Shown here: positions 26,101-39,579 of the stretch, piece by piece
How positions within the stretch are numbered: position 1 is the stretch's first letter
Layout of the letters: every line of letters begins with the position of its first letter
NCBI GenBank assembly: GCA_012026655.1
Contig: JAAILG010000146.1
Span: forward strand, 62,001 to 126,000
Source of the DNA: Hydrolagus affinis
Taxonomy: Eukaryota
Length of the DNA stretch: 64,000 bases
Direction: 5' to 3'
The notes under the pieces: generated by a model
What the model was told of the DNA's origin: nothing
Databases searched by the model: none
The model's input: only the letters and a program-made list of their open reading frames with translations
Position numbers and translations under genes: made by a program

Positions 26101-28159
26101 TACATCCCTAAAACCAGTCTAAAGGTACTGACATGCTTGTATACGCTTCCACACATATTAGTGAAAATCTAGTACCTCATCCAAGAGACCAATGTTTGGG
26201 TGCGTTAACAAGCATTTCGAATTTGGTCACCACGGGTTCATCACAAGCTGAGCTTCATTCTGTTCTTACTCTTGGCCGAAAATTGTCACGTTATTAGCTT
26301 AAAGGCTATTCCATTAGATTAGAGTATAAGAGGATGCAGAAGTGGGATTTTATTTGTAATTGAGTATTAATTTTGAAGCTAGTTTCTGCAATTCTTTTAG
26401 TTTAAATTGAAGTCTTTTCCAAAATAAGGATTTTGAGCCTCTATTTTTGGATCTTGATTCTTAGGATTTTATATTACTTTGTTATCCTGAGACTGAATAG
26501 CCTCAGTGAGGGCTCATCTCCCCCTTCTCCCTTGCTCAGTGTCTATCCCTGCCACTGTGAAGTCCTCTGAGACGTCATCCTGTGTGAAGGGATGCTATAA
26601 AAATGCAAGCTGTTATTGCATTATAAGCAACCAAGGGGTGACTATACATGCAGCTGTAAAGCAAAAGAAGGTGTGAAGGGGTCTTTAGGAGGGGCAGGGG
26701 AGAGGAAATCCCCCAAATTAGAAGTATCTCAATGGCACAGCTCCCCAGAATGATGTGACTGAGGTGTGGAACTCACCTTGTGGGAAAGTCATAGACTCTC
26801 AGACAGAATCCCCACCACTCTATAGTTGTAATAGTTTGGGGTACTAGGGGTGCAGGTATAATAGCCTTTAGAAGTATGTATGTTGCCTTTACCACTTCCT
26901 CTGCTTTGCTTCCCATCGCTCTCTGTGCTTGTCTCTTACCTGCTACTTCACCTCCCTCCCTATTGCTCTCTGTGCTGCCTACTTCCTCGTACAAACTTTG
27001 AGAGACAGAGGGCAGGGCGACTGGAAGAGAGCCAGAGTGGGAGGTATGAGGCAGCACGGAGAGCAAACAGAAGATGGTGCCATTTAATGTCCTATCACCC
27101 CCGGCTTATCCGCTGTTAAACACATCATTCATCTCAGGAGTGTCCACTTCACATCTGACAAAAGTGGAGTAACCGTGTGGAAACAAAGTATGGGCACCTG
27201 AAATACACTGTACCATGGCAAAAAAGGAATCAACATTTTCAGGGAAGAAGGAGGCGAGGGCAGAAAATCAGGGCAAAGATTGACAAAGGGAAATGTCACA
27301 TTATGCCTTGATTCAACAGACCATGTAATAGCGAACAATTCTTTTCTGGCTGTTTGAGTTGCATTGTGTTCAGTGTTTTAGGAGTAAACATTGTGATGAC
27401 TGCTGAGACCTGACAGGTAGTGGGAGCTACCTGTAAATTACTATGGACTGCGTATGTCCCCGCATATACAAGCAGTCAACTGATGGGTACAATTAGGGTA
27501 GTCTTCTCTGATTTCCTGAAGTTGCGTTTAGGCACGTATGTGCAGGATGCCCAGATGTGTGCCTAATAACCCAGCAAAAGCACCAGAAAGCAGTGAGGGG
27601 CAGAACTGCACAGATCCTTCAGCAGCCAGCCAGCCAGCATGAGTTTTCCATCAGCTGAAAAAATACCCCCCTCCCCCATTTCCCTGAGTCCTTTTCTTCT
27701 GGCCCAAATAATCAGTTATTCAACCAAACAACAGGTTGAATAGTCAACCTCAGTAAATTACTATTTGTGACAGCCCCAAGTTTGGCTAAGCAGCAGTGAA
27801 CAACCGCATTGTGCATTTGCAATTGGGTTAGTCTGGAAGCGTAGCATTTATGGTGCTTACTTCACGCTCCTGTGGACATGGAATCTTTAGAAGACTAACA
27901 ATCCAGTGCATCAACCATATGTGTAATGAGTTTTTTTTAATCAAGAAGAGTGTCTCACTTCAGGAAAAAATAAAGTGTTGATTTTACTCTCCTCTGAAGT
28001 CTATTGTCTGCTGGGTGGCCCTCACAGTGAGAAACCACAGCTGCACGTTCTCTCTGCTTGCTTTCAGGGGAGAGGGTTTGTGAGCGACAGGCTGCGGGGA
28101 AAACAGCACTCACCAGTATGTAAATAGGACAATATACTGTAATAAACTTGTATGCCACA

Positions 28160-28440
28160 AGCTTGATTGTGGAACTCGCTGCCTGAAGCAGTGGTTGATT
28201 AGATAGTATAGATGCATTGAAGAGGAAAGTAGATCTTCATATGATGAAGAGGGGAATACAACAACAACAAAACAAAATTACATTTGTATAGTCCCTTTCA
28301 TTTCAGGAGGACGTCCCAAAGCGCTGAAAAGAAGGGTATGGGAAGGAGTAATAAATGGGAGAAGACCTGTGTGGAATAGACTTTGGCATAGACTGGTTGG
28401 ATTGAGTGGATTATTTTCATGCTATACATTCTTTGCAAAT
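28160..28440 (+). mobile_element. Old CR1 3' end interrupted by a minus-strand L2 tail (28258-28327)
   Basis: tgtggaactcgctgcctgaagcagtggt...gcattgaagaggaaagtagat; the insert is acaacaacaaaacaaaattacatttgtatag...gtcccaaagcgctg. Confidence 0.65.
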
Positions 28441-29370
28441 CTTTAATATCAGTGTATCAATAATATGATTCACTTAAGAATACGTCACTTGTTCATCTCT
28501 ATGTATGGTATTCACACTAACAAAAATCATAGATTTAAATCTTTCAACTTCCCTCTCCCTTCCAACCCTCTCCCTGCAGACCATACCTTACTCCCACAAT
28601 GCACAGCAGGTTTGATCCTCAGGTTTCCAGCTGTTAGTGCTGCCTTTGACAAAAGGTCAGTGATCTTCTTACCAAGGGGCAAATATGTTATTTTTCATTT
28701 CATTTGGCATTAAGACTGTATTTTATGTGAATAAATCACAAGTATTATAAATGGATACAGAGGAATTCTATGCAAATTGTGTTGCTGATTGCATTCAAGT
28801 GGATACCTGATGGTTTGTGGCTTGTTTCAGTGCCAAGAGTGAACCTGAGCTGTAGAGGTTAACTAGGTTTGTTGCAAGTTTACTAGAACTCTTTCCTTTG
28901 TGTTAAGAAGTTATGTCAAACAGTTGAGTTCATACTCCAGGCTGACATTTCAATACAACAGTGGAGAAGTGCTGCATTGTCACAATGTGACAGGGTTTTT
29001 CTTCAGATGGGACATGAAATAATAATAACATTTCTTGCATTTAAGATAGCACCTTATCACATATCCTAAAGCAATGTCTCAAGGCTTTTCTGTAAAGTGT
29101 TCTGACTATGTTCGTAGATCAATCAGTCATGATCATCATTGCGTGTGGCTGTTAGATGAGAATAAGGTAAGATTTGTTTTTGGTCAGCCGGGTACCTGAT
29201 ACGTGCAGAAACCCATCATCATTTTTATGAGTATTCAAACCAAACCGAGAGTTCTGCATAAAAATGCCATCTATACGTAGACATTTTCCTGTCTTCAATG
29301 GAATATTAATTTTCTCGGATGTATTAGCTAAATCTTAGCTAAGATTTCCATCAAGGATAAATATCTGCTA

Positions 29371-30303
29371 ACAAAACACAAAACACTACAGATCCTGGGA
29401 ATCTGAAACAAAAACAAAAGTTGCTGGGGAAACTCAGCAGGTCAGGCAGCATCCATGGAGAAAGGAAAAAGAGTCAACATTTTGGGTCTACATCCCTTCG
29501 TAGAACTGGGGCTTGTTTGGAGGGAGAGGTTTCTTAAGGACGTTAAAAGGGGAGAGGGAGGACATGGAAGACAAAGGAGACAAAGAAGACAAAAGAAAAG
29601 GTAAAAAAGAGTGTGTTAACTGATGGGTTGAATATGTGTTAACAACTTCAGGGGGAGAAACAGAAGGGGGTGGGTTTAAACAAACTGGGGAGAAGAGGTG
29701 TTTATTGGTGATAGATAAACAAAGCACCAGAGAGGCAAGGGGTGTCTGGAGTAATGATTGTGATGGGGGGAGGGGGGGTGAAACTCCTATGGCCTGAAAT
29801 GGCTGAAATCAATGTTGAGGCCAGACGGCTGTAGTGCCCTCAGTAGATAGATGAGATGCTGTTCCTCAAGGTTTTGCTGTAGGTTACTGGAACAGCGCAG
29901 GAGACCATGGATCAAAAGATCAGCCTCTGAATGTGAGCGCAAGTTGAAATGGAGGGAGACTGGAAGATCAGGGTTGACCTTCTGTACAGAGCGAAGATGC
30001 TCCGCAAATTGGTCGGTCTCCCAATCTGCGCTTAGTCTCCCCAATGTAGAGGAGACCACACCGTGAGCAGCGGATGCAGTATATACATTGGTAGTACATG
30101 TGAACCACTGTCTCACATGGAAGCTGTGTTTTGGCCCCTGGAGAGTGGTTTGGGTGGAGGTGAAAGGGCAGGTATTACATCTCCTGCGCTGGCACGGGAA
30201 GGTGCCAGGGGAAGGAGAGCAGCTGGTAGTACTGAGAGCGGAGTGGACCAAAGAATCCAGGAGGGAACAGTCCCTTCGGAATGCGGAGAGGGGAGGGAAG
30301 GGA
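29371..30303 (-). mobile_element. Penelope-like retroelement 3' part: frameshifted GIY-YIG endonuclease plus terminal sequence
   Basis: Minus strand with frameshifts: GTFPCQRRRCNTCPF...FTC..YCIRCSRCGLLYIGETKRRLGDRFAEHLRSV...HFN...EEQHLIY.L..LQPSGLN. Confidence 0.9.
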
Positions 30304-31027
30304 AATATATCCTTGTATATATCTGCTAATGTTCACTGTGATCTATGAAGCACCAATAGCTAAAATAGGTCACTATCCTCCTGTTACTTTTGAGATTTTC
30401 CACTGTAAACAAATAATTAAAAGATTATTGGATTCAATAGTTTATTGGAGGAGTTCACACAACTGGCCAGGCACAATTAATTCATACAACTGGCTGGGCC
30501 CCTGAGCTGGAGTGGAAGGGGAGTTGACCAAGCTGTATGGCCTCCGACTGAACCGGAGACACTTTCCTTCACCAACGAGACTTCTCCTCATTCACACCTG
30601 TGAATGTCCAGTCACCAGTGATCTCTCTGGAGAGCGAGGTGAGGGGGAAGGAGGAGAGGACCCAGTGATATTTGCTTTCTACTGGAGGAGGTGCTGATTT
30701 GGGACTGTGTGTTATCCAGACACAGGTTAATTTTTATACGAATGGTCACAGAATATTTTTCAATGAAACAAATTATTCAGATATCTGATATTCAATTAAC
30801 CGATTACAGATACAAATGCTGAAATAATTTTTAATGATTTCTAAATTCTATTCAATAAACCAAACTATTCTAATATCCAATATTCAATTAAACAAATTTT
30901 ACCATATTATTATTATTATAATACAACAAACTGGCTAAAGACAGGCTATATTAGGCAAAAGACCATATAAGGTTTCAGGCCATATTATTCAGTGTGGAAA
31001 TTAATGAACCCGCTTGTGTACAATTGT

Positions 31028-31314
31028 GGAGTCCTGTAGCTCAGTTGTTGGAGCACTCGCCCTACAAGCGAAAGACCTGGGTTCAATTCCAGGCAGGGCA
31101 GGGCGCATGTTTCCTTATTCTACACGCCTGATAATAATCCTTCAAAAAAAATTGATAATTTCAACCTAAGATTGTTTGGGGGACACTGCTGTGCGCAATT
31201 GGCTACCCCGTTTCACCCACATATATACAGTCAAATCACTTTACAGTAGTGAAGTGCCTTGAGATGTCTATAAAACGTGAAAAACGCTATATTAAATGAA
31301 AGGCTTAATATTAT
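31028..31314 (+). mobile_element. Composite tRNA SINE, short form
   Basis: ggagtcctgtagctcag...ggttcaattccaggcagggc...gtgaaaaacgctatattaaatg. Confidence 0.9.
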
Positions 31315-32044
31315 TGTACTGTATTATTAATAATAATAATCCTTGCATTTGATATAGCGCCTTATGTGGTGTACCATCCACATTTCCTAATTTTGTTCAC
31401 TGTATTTTGGCTCACGATTTCCTTATTTGTAGCATTGAATCACTTCAGGTTTGAGCAGGAATGCTTTGCAGCAATATCACTTCACCAGCAGTGCATGGCA
31501 GGGCTCCAGTACTGAGACATCCACATAAGGTGTCTCTGCACAATCACAACTGAAGGAATCCATGTCCAGCCTTCCCTCTGCGAGTGAACACCTCCAATAA
31601 ACTGCGTGTTTCAGTAAAACTGAATTGCACCGTTTGTCTTTTGACCATATATGTATGGTTTTGTTTTAAAATGAGAATATTTGTGAGGGTATGAAATAGT
31701 GTCAGCTTCACGTGCAGTACAAAATGACAAGATTACTGCAATCACGTACTTTTTTTTCAATTACATTTTAAAAAGAAGCACAAATCACTGTTTCAGCCTG
31801 ACCCTTCAACTTTTCATTGGTGTACCTCGTTGTTCAGACAAGACACAGATTAAACTAGTTAATGTGCTGAGCATTTCCCATTGTACAATTGTTAGAAGCC
31901 ATTAGTATTTTACTCAGATGATGGGGAATTCTGAGGCAATTGAACACATAACTATATTTATGCTGAAGTTTGAATTATGCAGAATAGGCAAACTGTCCCC
32001 ATCCACTCCACTAATAGTGTTTGCCTGTACTTTCGCCACATTGT

Positions 32045-32495
32045 CATCTTTTAAAGCCCTCCACAACCTCGCCCCACCCTACATCCGTGACCTCCTTTCC
32101 CCTTACCAACCTGCCTGCTCCCTCCGGTCAGCAGACTCTGGCCTGCTCCACGTCCCCCTGACCCACCCGCCCAACCATTGGCAGGCGAGCCTTCAGCCAC
32201 TCTGCCCCCAACCTCTGGAACTCCATCCCGAAGTCCCTCCACCTCACTCCCTCCCTAGCTTCCTTCAAGTCTCGCCCCAAGACCCTCCTCTTTGATGGAC
32301 CCACTCAAACATAGTTCAGGTGGACATTAAAGATCCTATGACTGTTTGGAAAGATAAGGGAGTTTCTTTGGGTGTCCTAGCCCAGATCCCCACATAAAAT
32401 TGGTAATTCACTTCATTGCAGCAAATTGGCTGCCAGGTTCACCCACAAAGCACATTGTCACTAAACAGTAAATCATGTGAAGCGCTTAGAGACGT
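32045..32495 (+). mobile_element. L2 fragment (32045-32297) followed by a Deu-SINE fragment
   Basis: FKALHNLAPPYIRDLLSPYQP; then gttcaggtggacattaaagatcc...caaattggctgcc. Confidence 0.8.
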
Positions 32496-34839
32496 GTCTC
32501 CTCCCACCACCACCCCCTCCCCTCCATGTTCAGGGTGTGGAACCATATGTAAAAATTATTAATATTTGTTACTATTTAATCTGCATCCAGCAGGTGTTTC
32601 AGTGTAATGTTATTAGATGTAATGTTATTAATGTTATCACTATTGTTACTTTGCCTAATCAGTGATTTAACTCAGAGGAGGCTTCTGAAGCATGAATTTC
32701 CTCTTTGATTTGGTCTTAAAGCATAAGCGTTGTGCAGAATTCAGAACATTCAGTCTTTATTTGAACAACTCATGTCCAAATTGAGACTGAATTTAGCTTC
32801 AACCTTACTTCTGAGGATATGAATTCAACCAATCTAGCAATATTATTAGATTCTTGTTTGCCTTATTTATCATTCAGTAACAATAGTGAATGCAGTGGGT
32901 GTAGCTGTAGCCAGTGCAGGGTTATAAATGTCAAAGGAATGGAAAAATTCCAATGGTTTTTACAGCCTCGCCCAGTATTGCACATTCATTAGGTCCAGTA
33001 AATGTCACTGTGAAACTCAGCTCTACATATTTTCATGACTTTGTCGTTTGTGTTTTGCTGATCATAAATCTTACTCCAGTGTTGACAGCATTGACTGGCA
33101 GAGTTGCAGTGGTCATTCAAATCATGACAGACACATCAATGATCTCCAGGTTCTTGAATGTCTCCTTTGAACTTTGACTTTTGTTGAGAGCGACTAGTTA
33201 TCTGACTAGTGTCAGAATTCCACTGATTCTGGTTAGATTTTGACATTTCACGTTTGTTTACTCAGTCTAATATAGTCAATCCCTGGAACATTTCAGCAAT
33301 TCTGCATTTCAGCATTTCGCTCGAGACTAAAAAGTTCTGGATTTATACCCCAGTGTTTGCCTTAAACTTTCACCTTTAAGGTGGATAGAATTAATTTTGC
33401 CCACAAAACATAGTCACTTAACTCTATGTATATTCTGTGAAACGCTTATAGATGCCTCAAAGACATGATAAAGCGTATATCAAATGTAAGGATTATTATT
33501 ATAATAAGGTCCATAAGTTGAACACCATCTTTAAGCAACATATTCCGGGGAGGGGGAAAGAGAGAAGTAAACAAGGTCTCTCTGAGGCTGAACAGGCACC
33601 ATGTGTGAAAATGTCAGTTAGATCCACAGTAATTCAAAGCACTATTAACTATACCAACAACAATAATTTGCAATCGAATAGCGCCCTTCACACAAATAGC
33701 ATCTAGGAACTCTTCACAGTGGTATTGTTTGACATTGAGCTGGAAGGGGAAGGATGGTCTCTGAATGCAAAGTTGAAGAGGAAAGTCATTAGATGTGATT
33801 TAAAGATGGGCAAAGAGGAAGCAAGATGAGGGATTGAGGCAGGAGTTTCAGAGATTTGGAGCATAGTGGTTGAAAGATAGCATTGAAACCAACAACACAA
33901 ACTTTTACGTGATTTTTCTCTAAGTAAGTATCAAAATTACTGACAGTTCCAAGACTGGTCTTAATACAGTATAGTATAGGCTTTTCTTCTTGAAGGATCT
34001 TTATAATACCTTGGCTAGTCAGAATTATAAAGTACTTTCCATGTGCTGACACTCAGTTTTATAGGGAAGTGTGGGCCTCATAATTACATCAATTTAACAT
34101 CATGTAGATCATGATGAATGACATGAATGTGCAGCTTGAAAACCCACGGTTTGATGGTCATTCACCAGAGACTCCTTAGAGACATTGGTTTACCTATTCA
34201 TAAAATCATGGTAAACATTTAATACTCTATTACAACATAATAATATCTGTAGGTAAACCCACAGAGGCTGCAGACTTACAATTAAGTGAAGTTGACCCAG
34301 GTAAAGGCAAATTGAGCGAATATAAGGTATTTGTAAACAAATTGTCAAAGCTAAACAGGAAAATTAAGAGAATATAATATGACTATAACTACGAGGATAC
34401 AGAATTCAGGTCTCGTTGCCTCCACAAGTACACTATTCTGAGATGGACCGACTAAAAGACAAATATCAAAAACAAGTCACAATCTGTCAAACAGACGAGA
34501 AAGACGATTTTTCTGTAAGTAAAGTGCCTCATTTCATACTGAAACTAGAATTTAAATGGGAAGTGTATGCTAATATTGGAGCCTGATTTGGTTGGGTGCA
34601 CTCATGCTTGGATATGTAGGATGTGGATTCAAGCCCCCCCCAGTAAGGACTTTTGAGCTCACAGCTAGGATTTATAATCTAGTGGAATAATGGGGGGGAA
34701 TTCTACATTACAGTACTTGGTGTAACCCCCCATTAAAGCGATCTATACTACAACTCCTGTACTCCCAACACACTTTGAAGTGCTCTAAGGTGTTTCAGCG
34801 TGATAGGCACTATATTAAACACAAGATGATTGTGTGCCA

Positions 34840-35650
34840 ACCTGGCTCGGTTGGTAACATTCTTGCCTCTAATTCAAAAAAGTGTGGGTGCAAGCGCCAT
34901 GTCAGGACTTGAAACTCATATAATTCATGCTGATCCTCCAATGCAGTTTGCTGGGGTGTGTGCTCTGTCTGCCTCTTCAGTTGATGTTAAAGATCCCATG
35001 GCGCAATTTGAAAAGAGGAAGCAGTTTTTCCCAGTGTCCTGGCCAGCTATCCACAAAACAAAATCAGTCATTCACTTCATGGCTGTTTGTGAAACATTTG
35101 CTGTGCACAAATTGACTGTCATGAATACCCACAAAACGCACAGTCACACCATTTTGCAGTATATCATGTGAAGTGCTTTGAAATATCCTCCTGACATGAA
35201 ATGCAAAATATTACAAAATGAAATGACTGTGGAATATGTTTCTGACAGATTACTTTAATGGGTGTTACATGAAGAGTAGACAAGATTGATTCAGTTGGTT
35301 CTATTGTTAAAATCTGAACCAGAACATTGTGGGTTTAAGTCGTGTGATGCCACTTGAGTCTAGGTGCAGTGCAGGGAGAGAGTTCTACTGCATTGTCGGA
35401 GATGCTGTCACTCAGATGAGACTATAAACTGAGATCCTGCCTGCTTGTCGGGTAGACAATAACGAATCCATAAGAATGAAAGAAAATGGTATTTCATGTA
35501 ACTCTCTAGTCTCCAATTCTCCAGATTAATTCAGTCGATTATGCTATTTGTGAGTCTATGCTGATGCGTGGTTTGCTAAGAAAACAGTCACTGCCCAGGA
35601 GAGTAAATTCCTGTGAAATGCTTTTTGATCCAATAAAGTGCTATAAAAAT
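34840..35650 (+). mobile_element. Two adjacent old Deu-domain SINE copies
   Basis: gttaaagatcccatggcgcaatttgaaaagagg...tgtcctggcca; ctgcattgtcggagatgctgtcactcagatgagactataaac. Confidence 0.7.
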
Positions 35651-36562
35651 AAAATCATTTTATTTAACAGATATAAGGTTAGTAATTTTATGAATTTTAT
35701 TTAATACTGTATTTTGCTGAGAAAACACACCCAGTAAACCAACTAACAAATAGTTCCATGAAAGAAGTATCATAGACAATATTTTCAATGAAAAAACTGG
35801 AATAGATACCTAAAGCCTAGTCTTACATATGAATTTATGAATTGACTGATAATGTTAGGCTAAATGCAATGGTGAATCTACATTGATAGATATAAATATA
35901 AGATTGGCTATTAATAATTTTCTTTAGGTACTTGTGTTAAAATGTTCCAATTAAGAAAATCAGTGTGGGAGAATATAAACAGTGACATTGCCATAATGGT
36001 TTTCCTTCCTGGCAGACCTGCAGGTTAAGAGATAAAATGGCATAAAAATTAACTTTCAGTGAATTCAGCAGAGTTGTTAAAACAAGCAACAATAGGAAGG
36101 TCTACAGAAACCTCTCAGTTGTGATCCCAAGAGCTCAAGTTCATACCATGTAAATAAACTTTTTCTGACCTCTATTCTTAAAACAAAACTAATAATAACC
36201 TCAAAAACTAAAAAAAAAATTGGATTATTGGCATGCTAACAGTCAAACTGAAATTATGTTCTGTCAGATAAATCTGCCTTATCCGATAAAAACAATATTA
36301 AAGCAGAAACTGTTGCCTTGGTATGTGTATATGCATAAGCGTCTCTGCTGGATTTACAATAAGTAAGTGGGCTCAGTAAAGCAAGTCTAAACTCAGCAAA
36401 TTCATCTGTTGCCAATATTACACAGTAACACAAGTTTAGCAGTGACAAAAGATCATAATACCATTGATTTTATCAGGACCTCCCACATATTAGTTTTTAT
36501 CGGTATTTATTTTGTTAAAAACTAAATCTGTGATTGTGTTGTCACTTGCAACAGTGTGTTGA

Positions 36563-36993
36563 ACATTGGCTCCCTATCCCAGAGAGGATTGACTTCAAGA
36601 TCCTCTCCCTTGTCTTCAAATCCTTCTACTCCTCTTCATCCCCCTACCCCTTTGACCTCTTCTCTCCTCAAACCAGCTCCCGTTGCCTTCGCTCCACTGG
36701 GTCTGGCCTCCTCCATGTCTCCCGAATCCTCCCTTCCACCCTCGGCGGCCGTGCCTTCAGCCACTATGCCCCAAGGCTCTGGAATTCCCTTCCTCACTAC
36801 TTTCACCTCGCCCCCTCTTTTCTCAGCTTCAGGTCTCAGTTGAAGACCTTTCTCTTCGACCGCGCTTTTGGTCACCTTTCTACTTCTGCCCCTGGCTCTG
36901 TCCTGGGATCCGCTATTGTGAAGCTCTCTGAGACGCAATCCGGCGCGGAGGGCGCTATATAAATCAAAGTTGTTGTTGTTTGTTGTTGTTGTT
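36563..36993 (+). mobile_element. L2 3' fragment (second tail type)
   Basis: HWLPIPERIDFKILSLVFKS...GGRAFSHYAPRLWNSLP...KTFLFDRAF; (TTG)n tail. Confidence 0.92.
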
Positions 36994-37154
36994 GAATTAT
37001 CCCCCTTTGATTTAGAAATGAGGGGGCAGGAAATAGCACTGTCATCTCTGGTATGTACAGCTTCAATGCACTGTTAACTATCACTTGCTGAACTAGACTT
37101 GCTGGAGTATGTATCTCAGAAATATAAAACTGCTGATTGCTTGGTGCAATTTTT

Positions 37155-37370
37155 CCCTTTAGGAAGGATGTCAAGGCATTGGAGAGGGTGCAAAGGAAAT
37201 TTACCAAGATGGTACTGGGAATGAGGACAGGTTTGTACTGCTATTGGGAGAGAGCAGGGCTGGCGGTGGGAGTGGGATTGATTTGGACAGTTCTTTTAAA
37301 AGAGCTGCACAGACACGATGGGCCGACTGATATCCTTCTAGGCTGTATAATTCTATGATTTTATGATTTA
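37155..37370 (+). mobile_element. CR1 fragment with internal deletion
   Basis: FRKDVKALERVQRKFTKMV joined to a 3' UTR with a ttctatga/ttttatga tail. Confidence 0.8.
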
Positions 37371-38659
37371 GGTTCTTCAAGAAAATACCAGATGTAATAC
37401 TGCGAGGCATGTGTTCTTCTGCAGTTAACCCAGTAGCACACTAATACTAGAAATCTTAGATAAGCCTCATGTAAAGTAATCCACAGAGGTTTAGAAATTG
37501 TAATATGCATGCAGGCTGATGACATCCTAAGAAAATGATGATTTCACCATTTATATTTACCATAAATTGCCCAACTTTGGGAATTCAGATCAAGTGCTGA
37601 TGTACCTGAGCTTTGTGTAAAGTCTCCACACCTTAATTTGACATTTATAATCATTCATGTTTGTTTGAAAGAGAAATAACAACAATTAATTAATAGAATA
37701 CATACAACGGTGCTACCCAGAGATTGTGGGATTATTTACCTATAAATATGCAGTCATTATTTTTAAAAAGGTAAAATATTGCTACTTCTGTAAAATAAAT
37801 GTAGATAGTGGACATTTTGACCAGCAGATTATACAATTCGTCATTTCAGTTTATTGTTGTCTGTAGGACGATTTCTGGCTGCTTTGTTCACCTGTAAAAT
37901 ACAGTTACTACACTTCACAGGAAAACCTTGAGACATACTCTGGAGGTGAAAGGTGCTATATCCCATATATATACCGGTACTACAATTCTGAAAGAATGCT
38001 AAACAGTGATATGAACAAGTTTCACCCACAATGTTGGGACAGGGAAAGGGTGAATGGAATATAATGAGTTTCGTTTAACTGAGAATAAATTATAGGGAAA
38101 AAATAGTGAAAAGGTTATAATTGAATGTAGCAGCATTTGAGGTACAAGCATGAAAACATGACAAATTAACACATGAGTTGCCTCACTTCAATCAAAATCT
38201 TTTAATCAAAAAGTTTTTTGTTGTTTGGATTATTATAGGGGATTGAAAGTTATTCCAAAAAAAACAGAATCCAACTCAAATCTACAAACAAAAGTGTAAT
38301 GGGAATGGCAGGTCTCAGGTCTTTCATAAAATAATTATGGAATGTGAGAAACGTTGAAGAAACTTGAACAGCACAGTCAGCCATACAACTTGCAGGGAAA
38401 CAATGACAAAGATTATTTTAGGTACCTTTCCAGAAGGAGGGGTACACCACAGAAGGATCACACCTTAACTGTGCTGGGGAAGACATAAGTGTTATGGTAA
38501 GTAGAATAAATAGTATGACTACTACTACTAATAATAATAATAATAGTTGTACAACAAACACAATGAGTGACTGACTCCCAACCTGTCTCGGCAACAATTT
38601 GCAATATTTTTAAATTGAACTGCATAACATACTGCACATGCAATTTTTCCACCCATCAT

Positions 38660-39100
38660 TGCAGGACAAAGAAACTGACAATAGAGGCTGACCGGAAAAG
38701 ATTGCCCATCGGAAACCTTTTGTTGGTCTGATTGTTGAAGCCTTTTGTCGGTGTGGTTTCTGCTGCTAAATTACTCAGTGTTTTAATGGAAAATGAAAAT
38801 GAAAATTATGTAGTGCAGGCATATGTTACACATGTTATAGGCGGTGCAGTAATGAACCTTATTGACCCGGCAGGAATCTGAAGCACACACCGCTGGTGGC
38901 CTAGTGTAATTGACAATCACGGTTGACAAACAATGTCTGCGTGCTGAATAATCTGGCTGAAAGTCTGCTTACACCAGGTTGCTACGGTTTGCAATGCATG
39001 GCAAACTTACAGATGGACATTAGAAACTCTGAAATATTTGCCAGGCACGCTATGAATAAAACATTGGCATGTCCATATCGCAAAGTTATAACATGAAAGT
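38660..39100. promoter_or_regulatory. Candidate distal enhancer with clustered SOX-type and homeobox motifs
   Basis: gacaatag, ccttttgtt, gattgtt, ccttttgtc, taattgacaatc and aacaatg within about 270 bp; several retained CpGs; no repeat similarity seen. Confidence 0.4.
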
Positions 39101-39579
39101 GTACCTAAGAGGTTTGGAAGCTGCGAGGACTATTGTGTGACATACTGAGTGCTTTGCAGTTGTAGAACTTGGGAGTTGAATACAGCAGTTGTAACACACC
39201 ACTAACTCTACTTATTGGGGGGTAAATTGAAAGAAATTTATAAAGCTGCATCACAATTAAAGCGACAGCACATAGCTACAAGGACTATCTATATTTATAA
39301 ATTATTAAGTTTAAAATCTGTTTAGCATTATTATCACGACTACTAAATATATCGGTTTTCTTAGAAATTAACATATGTTTGTATTCAGGTGGTGGGCCGT
39401 GGCTGTTGATTTCAGCAATGCCCTCTCTTCATAATCTCTAATTAAAGCAAACACAAAACAATGGGCGAAAAATCCAATGGTTCTTAACAGACTTCATGCA
39501 TTAATGCACCAATGGGTCTGTAATTCCACTTAGGCTTAGTCTGTGAAGACAGTTTTGTCTTACATTTTAAGACTATGCA

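Noticed and set aside
29330-29347. Perfect 18-bp palindrome aaatcttagctaagattt
   Set aside because: Expected by chance at reasonable frequency in 64 kb of AT-rich DNA.
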